Source: Candidatus Poseidoniaceae archaeon
GTDB taxonomy: Archaea; Thermoplasmatota; Poseidoniia; Poseidoniales; Poseidoniaceae
Assembly: GCA_938084455.1 (NCBI GenBank)
Contig: CALKDX010000028.1
Span: forward strand, 306 to 64,305
Direction: 5' to 3'
Length of the DNA: 64,000 nt
In this document: piece by piece, positions 48,145 through 57,292 of the stretch
Layout of the letters: every line of letters begins with the position of its first letter
How positions within the stretch are numbered: position 1 is the first letter of the stretch
Position numbers and translations under genes: made by a program
Notes under the pieces: model-generated
Told to the model about the DNA's origin: nothing
Seen by the model: the letters and a program-made list of their open reading frames with translations, nothing else
Database searches by the model: none

Positions 48145-49188
48145 TCAATTCAGTATGTGTGCTTCGAGCACATCCGTTGGCAAGCCCGCAAGACGGCCTC
48201 GCACAATGAGTCGCAAGTCATCCACTTCTTGTACCTTCATGGCGATGTAATGGATGACTGGAAGAGCGGACACTGGATGCAGGAAACTCATTCGAGCCAT
48301 CATCTTGTGTTCGCGTTCTTTCAGCCAGGTGACCACAGCGTCAAGGCTGCGGGTTTCTGCTGAGGTTGCTAGTGCTTCATCAAAAGAAGCACCATCAAAG
48401 CGTGCTGCGTTACGAAGCAGATCGAGTAAGGCGTCCTTTCCACCGGTAGCAATGGCGGAAAAAGCGCGCTTAGGTACGACCCGTCCTCCGGGTATTAGCA
48501 GGTCAACGATTTGTTCATTGGACAGTCCAACGGCCCCTGCTTCGAGGACGTTGAGGATGTTCCGGTGATCAATTTCACTTGCGACCAAGTCCTTCAAGAA
48601 CCGAACATCGGGTCCTTTTCCTGTTAAGGCTTTGAGTGCGTTTGCGAAGTAATGACGGTCAAGTGCATCTTCGTAATCGGAGAGACGGGCATCTTCTGGC
48701 ACGGCTGCAAGAGCAGAACCGAACGACTTTCGTCTCATCTGAGTCGATGCTGAACGTAGGTCATCAGCGCTTTCGATGATTTTAATCCAAGGCGTATTGA
48801 TATCGTTTAGTTCTGGCAGAATGGAATGAGTAATTTTCTCCATGTCTACATCGTTAGCCACAGACCGCAACACGACCTTTGCGTTGTGGTATTGGTAACG
48901 TGAGGTGTAGATCTCAACCATGGCACGGATTTTTCCGTTGCAAAGGCCGACCATCTTATCCAGTTCGTGTTCGAGGTTGTGAGTGAGGGCTGCTTCTACC
49001 AAATCGCCACCGGTCAAGCGACCAGCGTACATGTCCATTTCAGCACGATAACCAATGTCACCAATGGCGACGGTCAACTGATCCGGTGATTGGCTAATGA
49101 GCTGGCGCAGACGGGCACGATCCGCGAGTTTCTGCCGACGGGACTTTGCCCGGGCAGCAACGTAGGGTGTGTTTCCTGTCATTACCAT
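48145..49188 (-). CDS. atpC: A-type ATP synthase subunit C (d-subunit homolog)
   Basis: 347-aa all-alpha protein. Position between atpE and atpF in the operon. 'YVAARAKSRRQKL' N-terminus. Confidence 0.7.
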   Translation of the reverse strand: MVMTGNTPYVAARAKSRRQKLADRARLRQLISQSPDQLTVAIGDIGYRAEMDMYAGRLTGGDLVEAALTHNLEHELDKMVGLCNGKIRAMVEIYTSRYQYHNAKVVLRSVANDVDMEKITHSILPELNDINTPWIKIIESADDLRSASTQMRRKSFGSALAAVPEDARLSDYEDALDRHYFANALKALTGKGPDVRFLKDLVASEIDHRNILNVLEAGAVGLSNEQIVDLLIPGGRVVPKRAFSAIATGGKDALLDLLRNAARFDGASFDEALATSAETRSLDAVVTWLKEREHKMMARMSFLHPVSALPVIHYIAMKVQEVDDLRLIVRGRLAGLPTDVLEAHILN

Positions 49189-49198
49189 TTAGAATCCC

Positions 49199-49759
49199 TC
49201 ATTCAAACAAAATTGCTGTGGTTGCGCTCAATTCCTCTTTCCAAGATTTTTCGAGCAAGGTGTCAAAGCGCATGTCGTAGGACACTGAGCCGTCGGTGGC
49301 TTCGAGGACGAAGCCTCCCAAACCATCAACTGCATCACCCATGGGTCGCTTTCCAGCGAGTTCTGAGAGCGCCTTTCGATCCATTTCAACAGGGCGGACG
49401 CTGTAATCGCTGCCGATTTCGTCAGCCTTGGCCATCAACGATTTGAGCAAACTTGCTCGACCCTTCATTTTCGGGCTGCTGAGTTGGGCTCGTGTCGTTC
49501 CAAGGGTCTCATCGAGCACCTTTCGGCGTGCGACCAGAATTTCCTTTTGGTTGGCCTGGCGTGCGCTGGCAACGACCTCACGGGCAAGCTGTGCTGCTTC
49601 GCGTTCGGTGCGGCTGGCCGCTTCCGAGCGGATTGTTGCAGCTTTTTCGGTTGCTTCAGCCACAACTGCGTCGGCTTCTTTCTTAGCCTCCGCAATCATA
49701 GCATCGGCTTCCGCCTTTGCTGATTTTGAGATGTCTTTTGCGAGTGTTTCAAGCGTCAT
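49199..49759 (-). CDS. atpE: A-type ATP synthase subunit E (peripheral stalk)
   Basis: 186 aa. N-terminal Ala/Lys/Glu-rich coiled coil (DISKSAKAEADAMIAEAKKEADAVVAEA) plus a C-terminal globular part. Operon position. Confidence 0.7.
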   Translation of the reverse strand: MTLETLAKDISKSAKAEADAMIAEAKKEADAVVAEATEKAATIRSEAASRTEREAAQLAREVVASARQANQKEILVARRKVLDETLGTTRAQLSSPKMKGRASLLKSLMAKADEIGSDYSVRPVEMDRKALSELAGKRPMGDAVDGLGGFVLEATDGSVSYDMRFDTLLEKSWKEELSATTAILFE

Positions 49760-49822
49760 TGTATTTCCTCCGTAATGGTGATTTCAATTGGTCGAAGATC
49801 GACCCTTCAATCGATGGTTCCC

Positions 49823-50128
49823 TCATAGGAAGAGTGGTAGAGCACCGAGAATGACGATGGATTCAGGCAAAGCAGTGAAAATCAATGCTGGACCGAACTT
49901 GCTTCCGTCTTCTGCGAGCATACCGACAGCTGCGCTGCCAATGGCTGCTTGGGACAGACCTGCACCGATTGCGGCCAGGCCGAGTGCGATTCCAGCGCCG
50001 ATGGCTGTGTATCCGTCACCGTCTGATGCCCCGGTTGGGTCTGCTGCTGCTGCTCCTTGAGCAACCATAGTGATGGCTGCCAAAAGGATCAATGTTCTTA
50101 GGCTCGTTTTTAGGGTGTTTGCGTTCAT
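49823..50128 (-). CDS. atpK: A-type ATP synthase proteolipid subunit K (c-subunit, single hairpin)
   Basis: 101 aa. Two TM helices. 'GAGIALGLAAIGAGLSQAAIGSAAVGMLAE' is the Gly/Ala-rich helix 1. The conserved carboxylate Glu sits in helix 2 (FTALPESIVILG). A GGAGGT Shine-Dalgarno lies 8 nt upstream of ATG 50128. Confidence 0.8.
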   Translation of the reverse strand: MNANTLKTSLRTLILLAAITMVAQGAAAADPTGASDGDGYTAIGAGIALGLAAIGAGLSQAAIGSAAVGMLAEDGSKFGPALIFTALPESIVILGALPLFL

Positions 50129-50163
50129 ATTTGCTACCTCCGTGTTTTTTTTGTGTCCGTGGA

Positions 50164-52551
50164 CTATGATTGACCCTCGACGTGGAGGGAACGGCCACCG
50201 AGCGGTGCGAAAGCACGGCCGGATCCGTCGTAGAATTTGCCCATCCATTCCACAAAGTGGAGACGGGCTGCGTGAATGGTTGGGGAAAGAATACCGAGGG
50301 CCAAGGCGAAAACTTGGACGAAGAGGAAGATGACGAGGCAGAGGGCTGCAGTCAAGTATCCAGAGGCGCCTCCTGTTTCAAGGCCGGCTAAGATGTTCTC
50401 CCAACCGAGGATGATGGAAACTTCTGCAATCTTGACACCGGCAACGCCGACCGCCATGATGCGGAGGTAGGACAAAGTGTTAGCAAGAAGACCGAATGTT
50501 TCGATTGGACCCATGATGATGCCACCAGCCCAACCGAACCCTTCGTAGACAGCAAGACCGACAATAAGGCAGCAAATGCCGCCGATTAGAAGGAGGTTCC
50601 AGAGGGGTTGAACTTCAAACAATTCATTGTACCCCATCACGAAGTTACGGCAGACCATGAAGCCTCCAACGAGGATCATCAACCAAGAGCCTTTCTCGAA
50701 GAAAGCAGCGCTAAATCCGTGAGCTTTGTTGACATTGAGGAATCCGATGATGAGGCCAACCAAGATGTGGAAGACGCCGAGGTAAACGGCGAGAGAAACA
50801 TATTGCTCCAACCCGTGGCCTGCACTTGCACGGTGGAACGGCATCATCACGAATGGGTGGTCTGGGTCGCCAAGTCCGAGCAGAACTGCAAGTCCTTCGG
50901 GCAGGACAAACACATCGTATGTCCAATCATAGATGCTGGTGAGGAAGGCAATGTCTGGGCCCCATCGGTACCCGTCTTTGAGCGCCCCCGTTGCGTCATA
51001 CATGCTGCCATCCCACACGAAGCCAAAGCCTTCTGCGAAGATGATGCCCCAAATGATGCACCAAACACCCATCCAGCGGAGGACAGTCATGCCTTTCTGA
51101 GCAAGGGGGTCAACGGCGAAGGGCTTAGATCCAAGCCACAAAGAGAGAGCGACAAGAACCGCACCGTAGCCAAAGTCACCTAGAATCATTCCATAGATGA
51201 AAGGGAAGGTCATCATAATGAGCATTGATGGCTCAAAGGTACCATACTTTGGGCGACCGACGAGATCGACCAAAAGTTCGAATGGTTGGGTGGTTTTTCC
51301 ATTTTGGAATTCGATTGGGGGGACGGCGTCTTCATGGTGTTCATCCACTGAAGGCATAGCACGAATCATTGTGAGAGAGATGTCGAGTTCGGGGAGGTTG
51401 ATTTTCCCATCGCCATCCAGATCCATTGCTTTGACAAGAGGACCAATGTCCCAAGGAGGCAAATCGCCGATGCTCGTAGATTTCAAGGCCTGTTGGAACT
51501 CGTAACTATCGATCTTACCAGAATCATCCAAGTCGATTGATTTGAAGAATTCAAACACGGATTGCTTGGTCTTGATGAGGTAATCAGAAAGCATCACCAA
51601 TTCCTTGGCGACCTCGGGCGAATCATGATGGTCGTCGTGACCGTGGCCGTGGTGTGGGTCAACATAGGCTTCAATCGAAACGTGAGAAGCGATGGCACCG
51701 AGTTTATCCTTCACCATATCGCCTTCAGAGGTCGGAACCCAGCCGTCCAAAGCAAACGCTTGGTCGCTGACAGCCACGAGGGTTGGAGAGGTGTAGATTG
51801 CGTCTTCACGGGTCAAGTGTTCCTCAAGAGCGACAAGTGAGCGACCGTTTCGATCGACCCAAGCGTCGAGCGCTTCTTGAGAGGAAGCGATAGTGTTCTC
51901 GAGTGCGTCGATTTGAGAGAGTACGCTCGAGGCTTTTGAGGCAGGGGAGCCTTCGCCTGCTGGAATTTGAACCGCTTTAGCACCAAGTTCAGCAAGGCAG
52001 ATTTGCACCTCTGCTGCGTGTTGAGTCTGGCAAGCAACTGCGACGATGCCTGGTGCGGAGTGTAGAAGGATTTCCGTTCCAAGCGCTGAGAAGACAGACT
52101 TTGCTTTGCTGGCTCTTGGAGTTTCGCCCACATAGACTTCCAGACCGTCGAACCCGCCCATCAATTCCAGAGGGATGTCCAAAGGAGCAAGGCGTTCGAG
52201 GACCTGATGTTGTTCTTTCAAAGAGGAAATTGAGGCTTCACTTTCCCGGATGGTGTCAAGGTAGGAAAGTGCATCATCGATTTTGGATTCGAACCCTTCT
52301 ACCAATTTCTTGACTTTACCGAGCGACACTGGCCCCTCGATGTTCATCGCCTGAACGGAGGAGGAAACACCGCGAACCTTGGTGAGCAAGGCACTGGTTT
52401 TGTTTGCGCCTTCGGTGGAAAGCGCACGTCCAACACCGATTCCATCTTGGAAATGGCCGTATTCTTCAATGTGAACACATGAGAGCGTAGCGCACATTCG
52501 CAGAACTTCTTCCATCTTATCGACGGGAGCCGCCACGGTAAGGCGGGACAT
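50164..52551 (-). CDS. atpI: A-type ATP synthase subunit I (a-subunit/stator) carrying a His-rich and double EF-hand insertion
   Basis: ~795 aa. N-terminal cytoplasmic domain, then an insertion (aa ~305-412: PHHGHGHDDHHD ... DLDDSGKIDSYE ... DLDGDGKINLPE), then a C-terminal multi-TM domain with the conserved Arg region (LRIMAVGVAGVKIAE). Operon position between atpH and atpK. Confidence 0.8.
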   Translation of the reverse strand: MSRLTVAAPVDKMEEVLRMCATLSCVHIEEYGHFQDGIGVGRALSTEGANKTSALLTKVRGVSSSVQAMNIEGPVSLGKVKKLVEGFESKIDDALSYLDTIRESEASISSLKEQHQVLERLAPLDIPLELMGGFDGLEVYVGETPRASKAKSVFSALGTEILLHSAPGIVAVACQTQHAAEVQICLAELGAKAVQIPAGEGSPASKASSVLSQIDALENTIASSQEALDAWVDRNGRSLVALEEHLTREDAIYTSPTLVAVSDQAFALDGWVPTSEGDMVKDKLGAIASHVSIEAYVDPHHGHGHDDHHDSPEVAKELVMLSDYLIKTKQSVFEFFKSIDLDDSGKIDSYEFQQALKSTSIGDLPPWDIGPLVKAMDLDGDGKINLPELDISLTMIRAMPSVDEHHEDAVPPIEFQNGKTTQPFELLVDLVGRPKYGTFEPSMLIMMTFPFIYGMILGDFGYGAVLVALSLWLGSKPFAVDPLAQKGMTVLRWMGVWCIIWGIIFAEGFGFVWDGSMYDATGALKDGYRWGPDIAFLTSIYDWTYDVFVLPEGLAVLLGLGDPDHPFVMMPFHRASAGHGLEQYVSLAVYLGVFHILVGLIIGFLNVNKAHGFSAAFFEKGSWLMILVGGFMVCRNFVMGYNELFEVQPLWNLLLIGGICCLIVGLAVYEGFGWAGGIIMGPIETFGLLANTLSYLRIMAVGVAGVKIAEVSIILGWENILAGLETGGASGYLTAALCLVIFLFVQVFALALGILSPTIHAARLHFVEWMGKFYDGSGRAFAPLGGRSLHVEGQS

Positions 52552-52578
52552 TTCTGCGGTTGCGAACATGGGAACAAC

Positions 52579-52890
52579 TCACTGAGAATTTACTTTTTCA
52601 AGCAAGTGGGCGACTGCCTTGTCCTTGCGATCTGCTGCCGAAGATTCGATGGCGTCAACCACTTTTTGGCCTTCTTTGGCAACACCTTCTGCTTCTTTGT
52701 TTGCTTTGGCTCGAGCAGCGTCGAGGGTGGCTTGAGTATCTGAGACTGAACCATCGGTTGCGTCAGCAATGAGTTGGACGGATTGGCGGCGGGCTTCCGC
52801 TGCAATTTTTCCGACTTCAGCTTGGGCATCTGCAAGTTGCTTTTCGGCATCTTGTTCTGCTTGCTTGATTTTGCGAAGGACGTCAGCCAT
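52579..52890 (-). CDS. atpH: A-type ATP synthase subunit H
   Basis: 104 aa. Ala/Glu/Lys-rich coiled coil (ADVLRKIKQAEQDAEKQLADAQAEV). First gene of the operon. Confidence 0.6.
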   Translation of the reverse strand: MADVLRKIKQAEQDAEKQLADAQAEVGKIAAEARRQSVQLIADATDGSVSDTQATLDAARAKANKEAEGVAKEGQKVVDAIESSAADRKDKAVAHLLEKVNSQ

Positions 52891-52986
52891 ACCCAAGATA
52901 ATCACCAGCAATTCGGCTGAATGGGAGGGGGTTTATGAGGCTAATGGGGAGGTCTCTATGGCCAAACAAGGGGCCTGCGTCGATGT

Positions 52987-53766
52987 TCATTGCTTTGGCT
53001 TCGTTCCACGGAACCGGCTCGCCATGGCAAACGGCCATAATAAACGCCCTTGGACGTCCTGGTATCCGACCTCTTTGATCATGGTCCGGTAGTATCCATT
53101 TGTTCCATAATGAGAGTATGTGTTTGCGAGTCCTTTCCAGGGGTGGTCCTTGTCTTTGGTCACGATCCGTGCAAGCAATTGCACGGCAGTGGCCATCCAG
53201 ATTCGCCCGGCAAGCCCATGCAACCAATTGGCTTTCCCGGCATCACAAATCACCAAGCGACCACCTGGCTTGAGCACCCGATAAATTTCCTCAAGCCCTT
53301 TGCGTTTGTCTTGAAAATCTCTGAAGGAAAACAAACAGAACACCATGTCGAAGGTGTCATCTGGAAGAGGAATTGACTCCGCTATTGCTTCGACATAAAC
53401 TGCGGGTGACTCGCCTCTCGAGGCACGAGATGCATCGACTCTTTTCTTAGCGACTTTCAACATTTCAGGAGAGGGGTCAAGGCACGTGACATCAAGCCCA
53501 ACCAAATCTTCGGCGAAGGATCCTGGCCCACATCCAACTTCGAGCACCTTCATGCCGGGTGTTGCGTGGTTGCGAACATTTCGCCTCCAGCGTTTGTCTT
53601 GACCAAAGGTCATCAGTTTGTTGACCCTGTCGTAATTAGGAATGGTCGCTTCAAGTTGGCCCTCAAGGATGGTCCATGCTTCCAAATCGATACCAGATGG
53701 GTCGTAACCCCCGGTTGCTTCACGGCTTCCCATGGTCCCCCCCCATCTGCCGACCCCTTTGGACAT
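52987..53766 (-). CDS. UbiE/MenG-family SAM-dependent methyltransferase (demethylmenaquinone/ubiquinone-type C-methyltransferase)
   Basis: 'YDRVNKLMTFGQDKRWRR' is the UbiE hallmark (YD.mN..mS.G.hr.WR). 'VLEVGCGPG' is SAM motif I. 'LKPGGRLVICD' is the post-II motif. Confidence 0.6.
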   Translation of the reverse strand: MSKGVGRWGGTMGSREATGGYDPSGIDLEAWTILEGQLEATIPNYDRVNKLMTFGQDKRWRRNVRNHATPGMKVLEVGCGPGSFAEDLVGLDVTCLDPSPEMLKVAKKRVDASRASRGESPAVYVEAIAESIPLPDDTFDMVFCLFSFRDFQDKRKGLEEIYRVLKPGGRLVICDAGKANWLHGLAGRIWMATAVQLLARIVTKDKDHPWKGLANTYSHYGTNGYYRTMIKEVGYQDVQGRLLWPFAMASRFRGTKPKQ

Positions 53767-53812
53767 GTCGCAGGACGAGGCCGGCGCAGAGCGGGTGGTT
53801 TTTGAAAGACCA

Positions 53813-54616
53813 TCAAGCGATACGCTCGACGGTTTCTGGAGTGATTCCTTCTTCTGGAGTCACTCGGAACACAAGAATTTTCAAGTTCTCAGGAGCGTTT
53901 CGGAATTTCGAAACAACCATCGAAGTTTCAAAATCTGTACCAATAGTTCGTACATTGAACGAGAGGACCATGTCTGCGATGGTGGACAGTTCTTGCTTGA
54001 TTGCTGCATCCAACCCGTTGGTTGATACTGAAATTAACAAGAGGCCTCGGTGCAATTGAGCGTGGGCTTGGAGCATTCGAACCATAGCGACAACACGAGC
54101 TGGATCTTCACGCTGTAGGAAGAAATCGAGGCTATCGACAACGGCCCTAAAGTAAGGACCAAGGGCCATAATTTCATTGGTGACTTCAGTCAGATAATCC
54201 TGATTGTTTTCATCAACAAATCGGGTTTGTGCAAGTCGTTGAATGTCAGCAAGTTGGAAGCCTTCAAGGCGATATCGGCTTGCCAATAGTTCTCGTTCCA
54301 AGACGGTTGAGTTGTATTCTTCGCCGATGGTTCGAACGTTGATGTCCATTGGCCAACTGTACTTTTGGAAGATTCTGACGATTTCAGCCTGACCTTCGTT
54401 TGTGGAGATGTAGAGGGTGTTTTCAGATTCTTCGGCAGGGGAGGTGAATTGCTTTGCGAACAATTCGCTTCCTGAACCAGTGTCTGTGAACGCAATCAGG
54501 GTAAACCCACGCGGGATGCCACCGTGCATTTCATTGTCGAACTTTGGCACGCCAAAGGAACCGACCTTACTGAAGAACTCCTCATCCTCGGGATCGAACT
54601 CAAATTTACGTGCCAT
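53813..54616 (-). CDS. KaiC/RecA-superfamily paralog with a degenerate Walker A (pseudo-ATPase)
   Basis: 'GGIPRGFTLIAFTDTGSGSELFAKQF' aligns with KaiC 'GG.p.gs.tLi.G.pGtGKT.fa.qF' but reads GSGSE instead of GTGKT. Walker-B-like 'RAVVDSLDFF'. Confidence 0.55.
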   Translation of the reverse strand: MARKFEFDPEDEEFFSKVGSFGVPKFDNEMHGGIPRGFTLIAFTDTGSGSELFAKQFTSPAEESENTLYISTNEGQAEIVRIFQKYSWPMDINVRTIGEEYNSTVLERELLASRYRLEGFQLADIQRLAQTRFVDENNQDYLTEVTNEIMALGPYFRAVVDSLDFFLQREDPARVVAMVRMLQAHAQLHRGLLLISVSTNGLDAAIKQELSTIADMVLSFNVRTIGTDFETSMVVSKFRNAPENLKILVFRVTPEEGITPETVERIA

Positions 54617-54627
54617 ACTTGTTCACC

Positions 54628-55218
54628 TCAATGGATTACGACTTGGCCACGGTCAATTAAATCGGTGCAGTACAAGTCAAGGTTGGACAACACCAATGGC
54701 GGGGTTTGGTCAGGAACATTGAGCACGACAGAGAGGATTTCACGCTGGCGGAAGGTGTTGATGAAGGTGTGAAGGTATTCAGCGAGAATGCGGTCTTCGT
54801 TGTAGATTGCGAGTGCATTGACGCTGTCGAGGAAGACGAAGTTTCTCACAGATGTTGTGGTCCGGAGAATGTAAAGCGTGCGCAACAAAACGGACTCGAG
54901 CATGATTGGACTGTCGACGAAATGAATGTTGGAGTAAGGAACATCAGTGCCTCCCAAAATACCAGATGAGACCAAATCGATGAATTGAATGTTGGAAACA
55001 TCCATTCCAATCGATTCGAAGGCTTGGATGATTTCGACTGCACCTCGGTTTGCGCTGATGTACACCCCACCCATCTCGAACATTTGCATGAGCGGTATGA
55101 TGGTGCTTGCAGTGACCATGAAGGCGTTCGAGTTTCCGCAACGAACCTGGACGGCACTGTTGAGGGCGACTTCGGTGAGTTGTTCAGCAATGCGTTGATC
55201 CAATTCGAACATAATCAT
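54628..55218 (-). CDS. truncated KaiC/RecA-fold paralog lacking a P-loop
   Basis: 196 aa. Retains the Walker-B-like hhhhDS ('NFVFLDSVNAL') and the downstream KaiC-like core, but has no GxxGxGK[ST]. ATGA overlap with the upstream KaiC gene. Confidence 0.45.
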   Translation of the reverse strand: MIMFELDQRIAEQLTEVALNSAVQVRCGNSNAFMVTASTIIPLMQMFEMGGVYISANRGAVEIIQAFESIGMDVSNIQFIDLVSSGILGGTDVPYSNIHFVDSPIMLESVLLRTLYILRTTTSVRNFVFLDSVNALAIYNEDRILAEYLHTFINTFRQREILSVVLNVPDQTPPLVLSNLDLYCTDLIDRGQVVIH

Positions 55219-56093
55219 GACCCCCAGCGCGACGTTTTATCGCTTTGTGCGCCCCATTTGAGCATCGGCGTGAGCATGACACCCAAAGGCGTGAGTTCGA
55301 TGGCGTGCTTGGCACGGCTGTGTGCTGTTCCACGCATTTTGACCACTTGTAAAAACCTGAGTAGGTGGCCCATTCGCTCAACGTCACCCATCACAATGAT
55401 GCCGTCTGCGATTGCTTCTTCCACACCGAAAGAGGACCAGTGGGCGTTTTCTGTTGCTGAAGTAATCTCCGAAATCAAAATGGTTGTGCATCCTAGTGTG
55501 GCCAGTTTCTTTCCAAGGGTGAACAGGAAATCACGAATCAATTGCTCGCTCTTAATTTTGTAACAAAGCGTGGTGACTGAATCGATGACGAGGCGGGTCA
55601 CACCGATGGTGTTGACGATATCGACGATGGCTTTGATCAATGCGTGAACGTCATCAAGTTCGAACGACGCCTTCTCAAGACCAAGCCACGAATACAAAAC
55701 GTCCATGTCGAAGACGTTGATGAGACCTGAGTCGACCATGTTCATGTCAAAAAAGGCATATTGGCGGATGTTTTCAAGCAACTTCACAGAAGGTTCTGTT
55801 GCTGTGAAGTGGGCACAAGCCTCTCCAGCCAGCGCACCACGGACAAGAAATTCCATTCCAAGGGTTGTCTTTCCTGAACCACATGTACCTGCAGCGAGCA
55901 CGGTAGAACCGTAGGGGATACCACCACGCAAAATCTCATCCAATCCATGAATCCCTGTGACACATCGGTCTCGGGTGTAAACGGCGGCTGGCTGCATGGG
56001 TAACAAACCGACCAGTTCGGTCGGGTTCATCAAGCAATCGCCCACAACCCAATGGATGAGAGCATTGCAACGCTTCCAAGCGTTGGTCGTCAA
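55215..56093 (-). CDS. KaiC-like RecA-superfamily ATPase (intact Walker A/B)
   Basis: 'GIHGLDEILRGGIPYGSTVLAAGTCGSGKTTLGMEFL' (P-loop) and 'TRLVIDSVTTL' (Walker B). The alternative start MNPTELV at 56030 would remove the 4-nt overlap with the upstream gene. Confidence 0.65.
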   Translation of the reverse strand: MTTNAWKRCNALIHWVVGDCLMNPTELVGLLPMQPAAVYTRDRCVTGIHGLDEILRGGIPYGSTVLAAGTCGSGKTTLGMEFLVRGALAGEACAHFTATEPSVKLLENIRQYAFFDMNMVDSGLINVFDMDVLYSWLGLEKASFELDDVHALIKAIVDIVNTIGVTRLVIDSVTTLCYKIKSEQLIRDFLFTLGKKLATLGCTTILISEITSATENAHWSSFGVEEAIADGIIVMGDVERMGHLLRFLQVVKMRGTAHSRAKHAIELTPLGVMLTPMLKWGAQSDKTSRWGS

Positions 56094-57193
56094 GCATCAC
56101 CGGGTGTGGGGGTTTCTTCGATGTACCACGACGTGAAGGCCGTTGAAATCCCATCCCACGCCAAGGATTGGCCTGTGACCATGAATAAACCGGTATCACC
56201 GCCCCATTCAGCCCGGAACATATCGTAGGGCCTGGCCTCATCAATTTGGGTGTAACGCAATTTCAAAACACCCGATCCATCGCTCATTCCGTTAAACATC
56301 CCAACACCCAAGAAACCCTCTACGCCAAGGTCGATCACCTGAGAGGCATTTCCACCGGCCTGGGAACTGGGATCACCTGTGAACAACACGGTGGTTTTTC
56401 CAGCAATAACTCCGGATTTAAACAGATGGTCGGAGACGATGGTTGAGGAGGTATGATTCAACGACCAACCTCGCAAAGCAATGGCGAAGTCGTTTGGATT
56501 ATAGATTTCAATCCACTCCGGACCACCGTCTGATGGCCGGGTCATAACCTCGGTAATTTGCAGGTCGTTATTGAGGCGCCCACCTTTGTGAACTTCAAGC
56601 ACAACTTGCCACGTTTCACCATCCTGGATAAACTGTCGATTCGCGGTGGATGAAGCGGTTGCAGTCCTGCGCTCGGTTCCGCCATCAAACAGCATTGTTC
56701 CAATTCTGCTTGCATTGCTGCTTTCAACGACCTCAATGGTTAGATGAATTGAAAACCCTTCGTCCAATCCTAAGCCGTCGATCATGTCGCCTTCAGTAAG
56801 GTTTTGAATGGCATTCACTTTCTGAATGTTGAGAGTTCCATCGCTCACCAATCCCGCCTGAACTCGGCCGTCATCAAGAGACAGGGCGGATTGGAGATGC
56901 CAATCGGCCGTTGCGTTGGCGTAATCCATACCGTCAACACCGGCGGGGACAAACCATCCCCCGTCGGATGTCAAGCGGTCTAAACCTTGTACTGCTGAGC
57001 GGTCAAGCCGATCCACAGCAGGGTCGTTTGAACCCATTTGGAGTTGAGCGAGTGATAAAAATGCAGTGAGGATCATCAAGAATAAGGCAAAGGCCGAAAG
57101 AAACTCGATGACAGCGGTGAGAGCAGTCTCGTCCCTTTCGAGTGAACGAGGCCCCCTGCTGCGCATGATTGTGCGTGGTCTTGGGCGATTCAA
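56090..57193 (-). CDS. lamin-tail-domain (LTD) protein with a TadE/class-III-signal-like N-terminal hydrophobic segment
   Basis: N-terminus 'RSLERDETALTAVIEFLSAFALFLMILTAFLSL' is basic, then acidic, then a ~22-aa hydrophobic segment, similar to TadE-like pseudopilins. C-terminus 'LQITEVMTRPSDGGPEWIEIYNPNDFAIALRGWSLNHTSSTIVSDHLF' matches LTD (PF00932 pattern I.Ev.....g..EfIElyN....a..LsGw.L). Confidence 0.5.
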   Translation of the reverse strand: MNRPRPRTIMRSRGPRSLERDETALTAVIEFLSAFALFLMILTAFLSLAQLQMGSNDPAVDRLDRSAVQGLDRLTSDGGWFVPAGVDGMDYANATADWHLQSALSLDDGRVQAGLVSDGTLNIQKVNAIQNLTEGDMIDGLGLDEGFSIHLTIEVVESSNASRIGTMLFDGGTERRTATASSTANRQFIQDGETWQVVLEVHKGGRLNNDLQITEVMTRPSDGGPEWIEIYNPNDFAIALRGWSLNHTSSTIVSDHLFKSGVIAGKTTVLFTGDPSSQAGGNASQVIDLGVEGFLGVGMFNGMSDGSGVLKLRYTQIDEARPYDMFRAEWGGDTGLFMVTGQSLAWDGISTAFTSWYIEETPTPGDA

Positions 57194-57292
57194 GAGGTTG
57201 CCGCATGGAGCGGGAGCAGAAAGTGAAATTCACGGTCCTTGCCCCCTTCGGGGGCGATGAGTCTTTGAAGCCCCCATGCGAGGCAGGGGTTA

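Noticed and set aside
50129-50248. N-terminal extension of the atpK ORF (MDGQILRR...) overlapping the atpI 3' end
   Set aside because: The proteolipid N-terminus and a strong GGAGGT Shine-Dalgarno support the internal ATG at 50128. The extension would overlap atpI by 85 nt.
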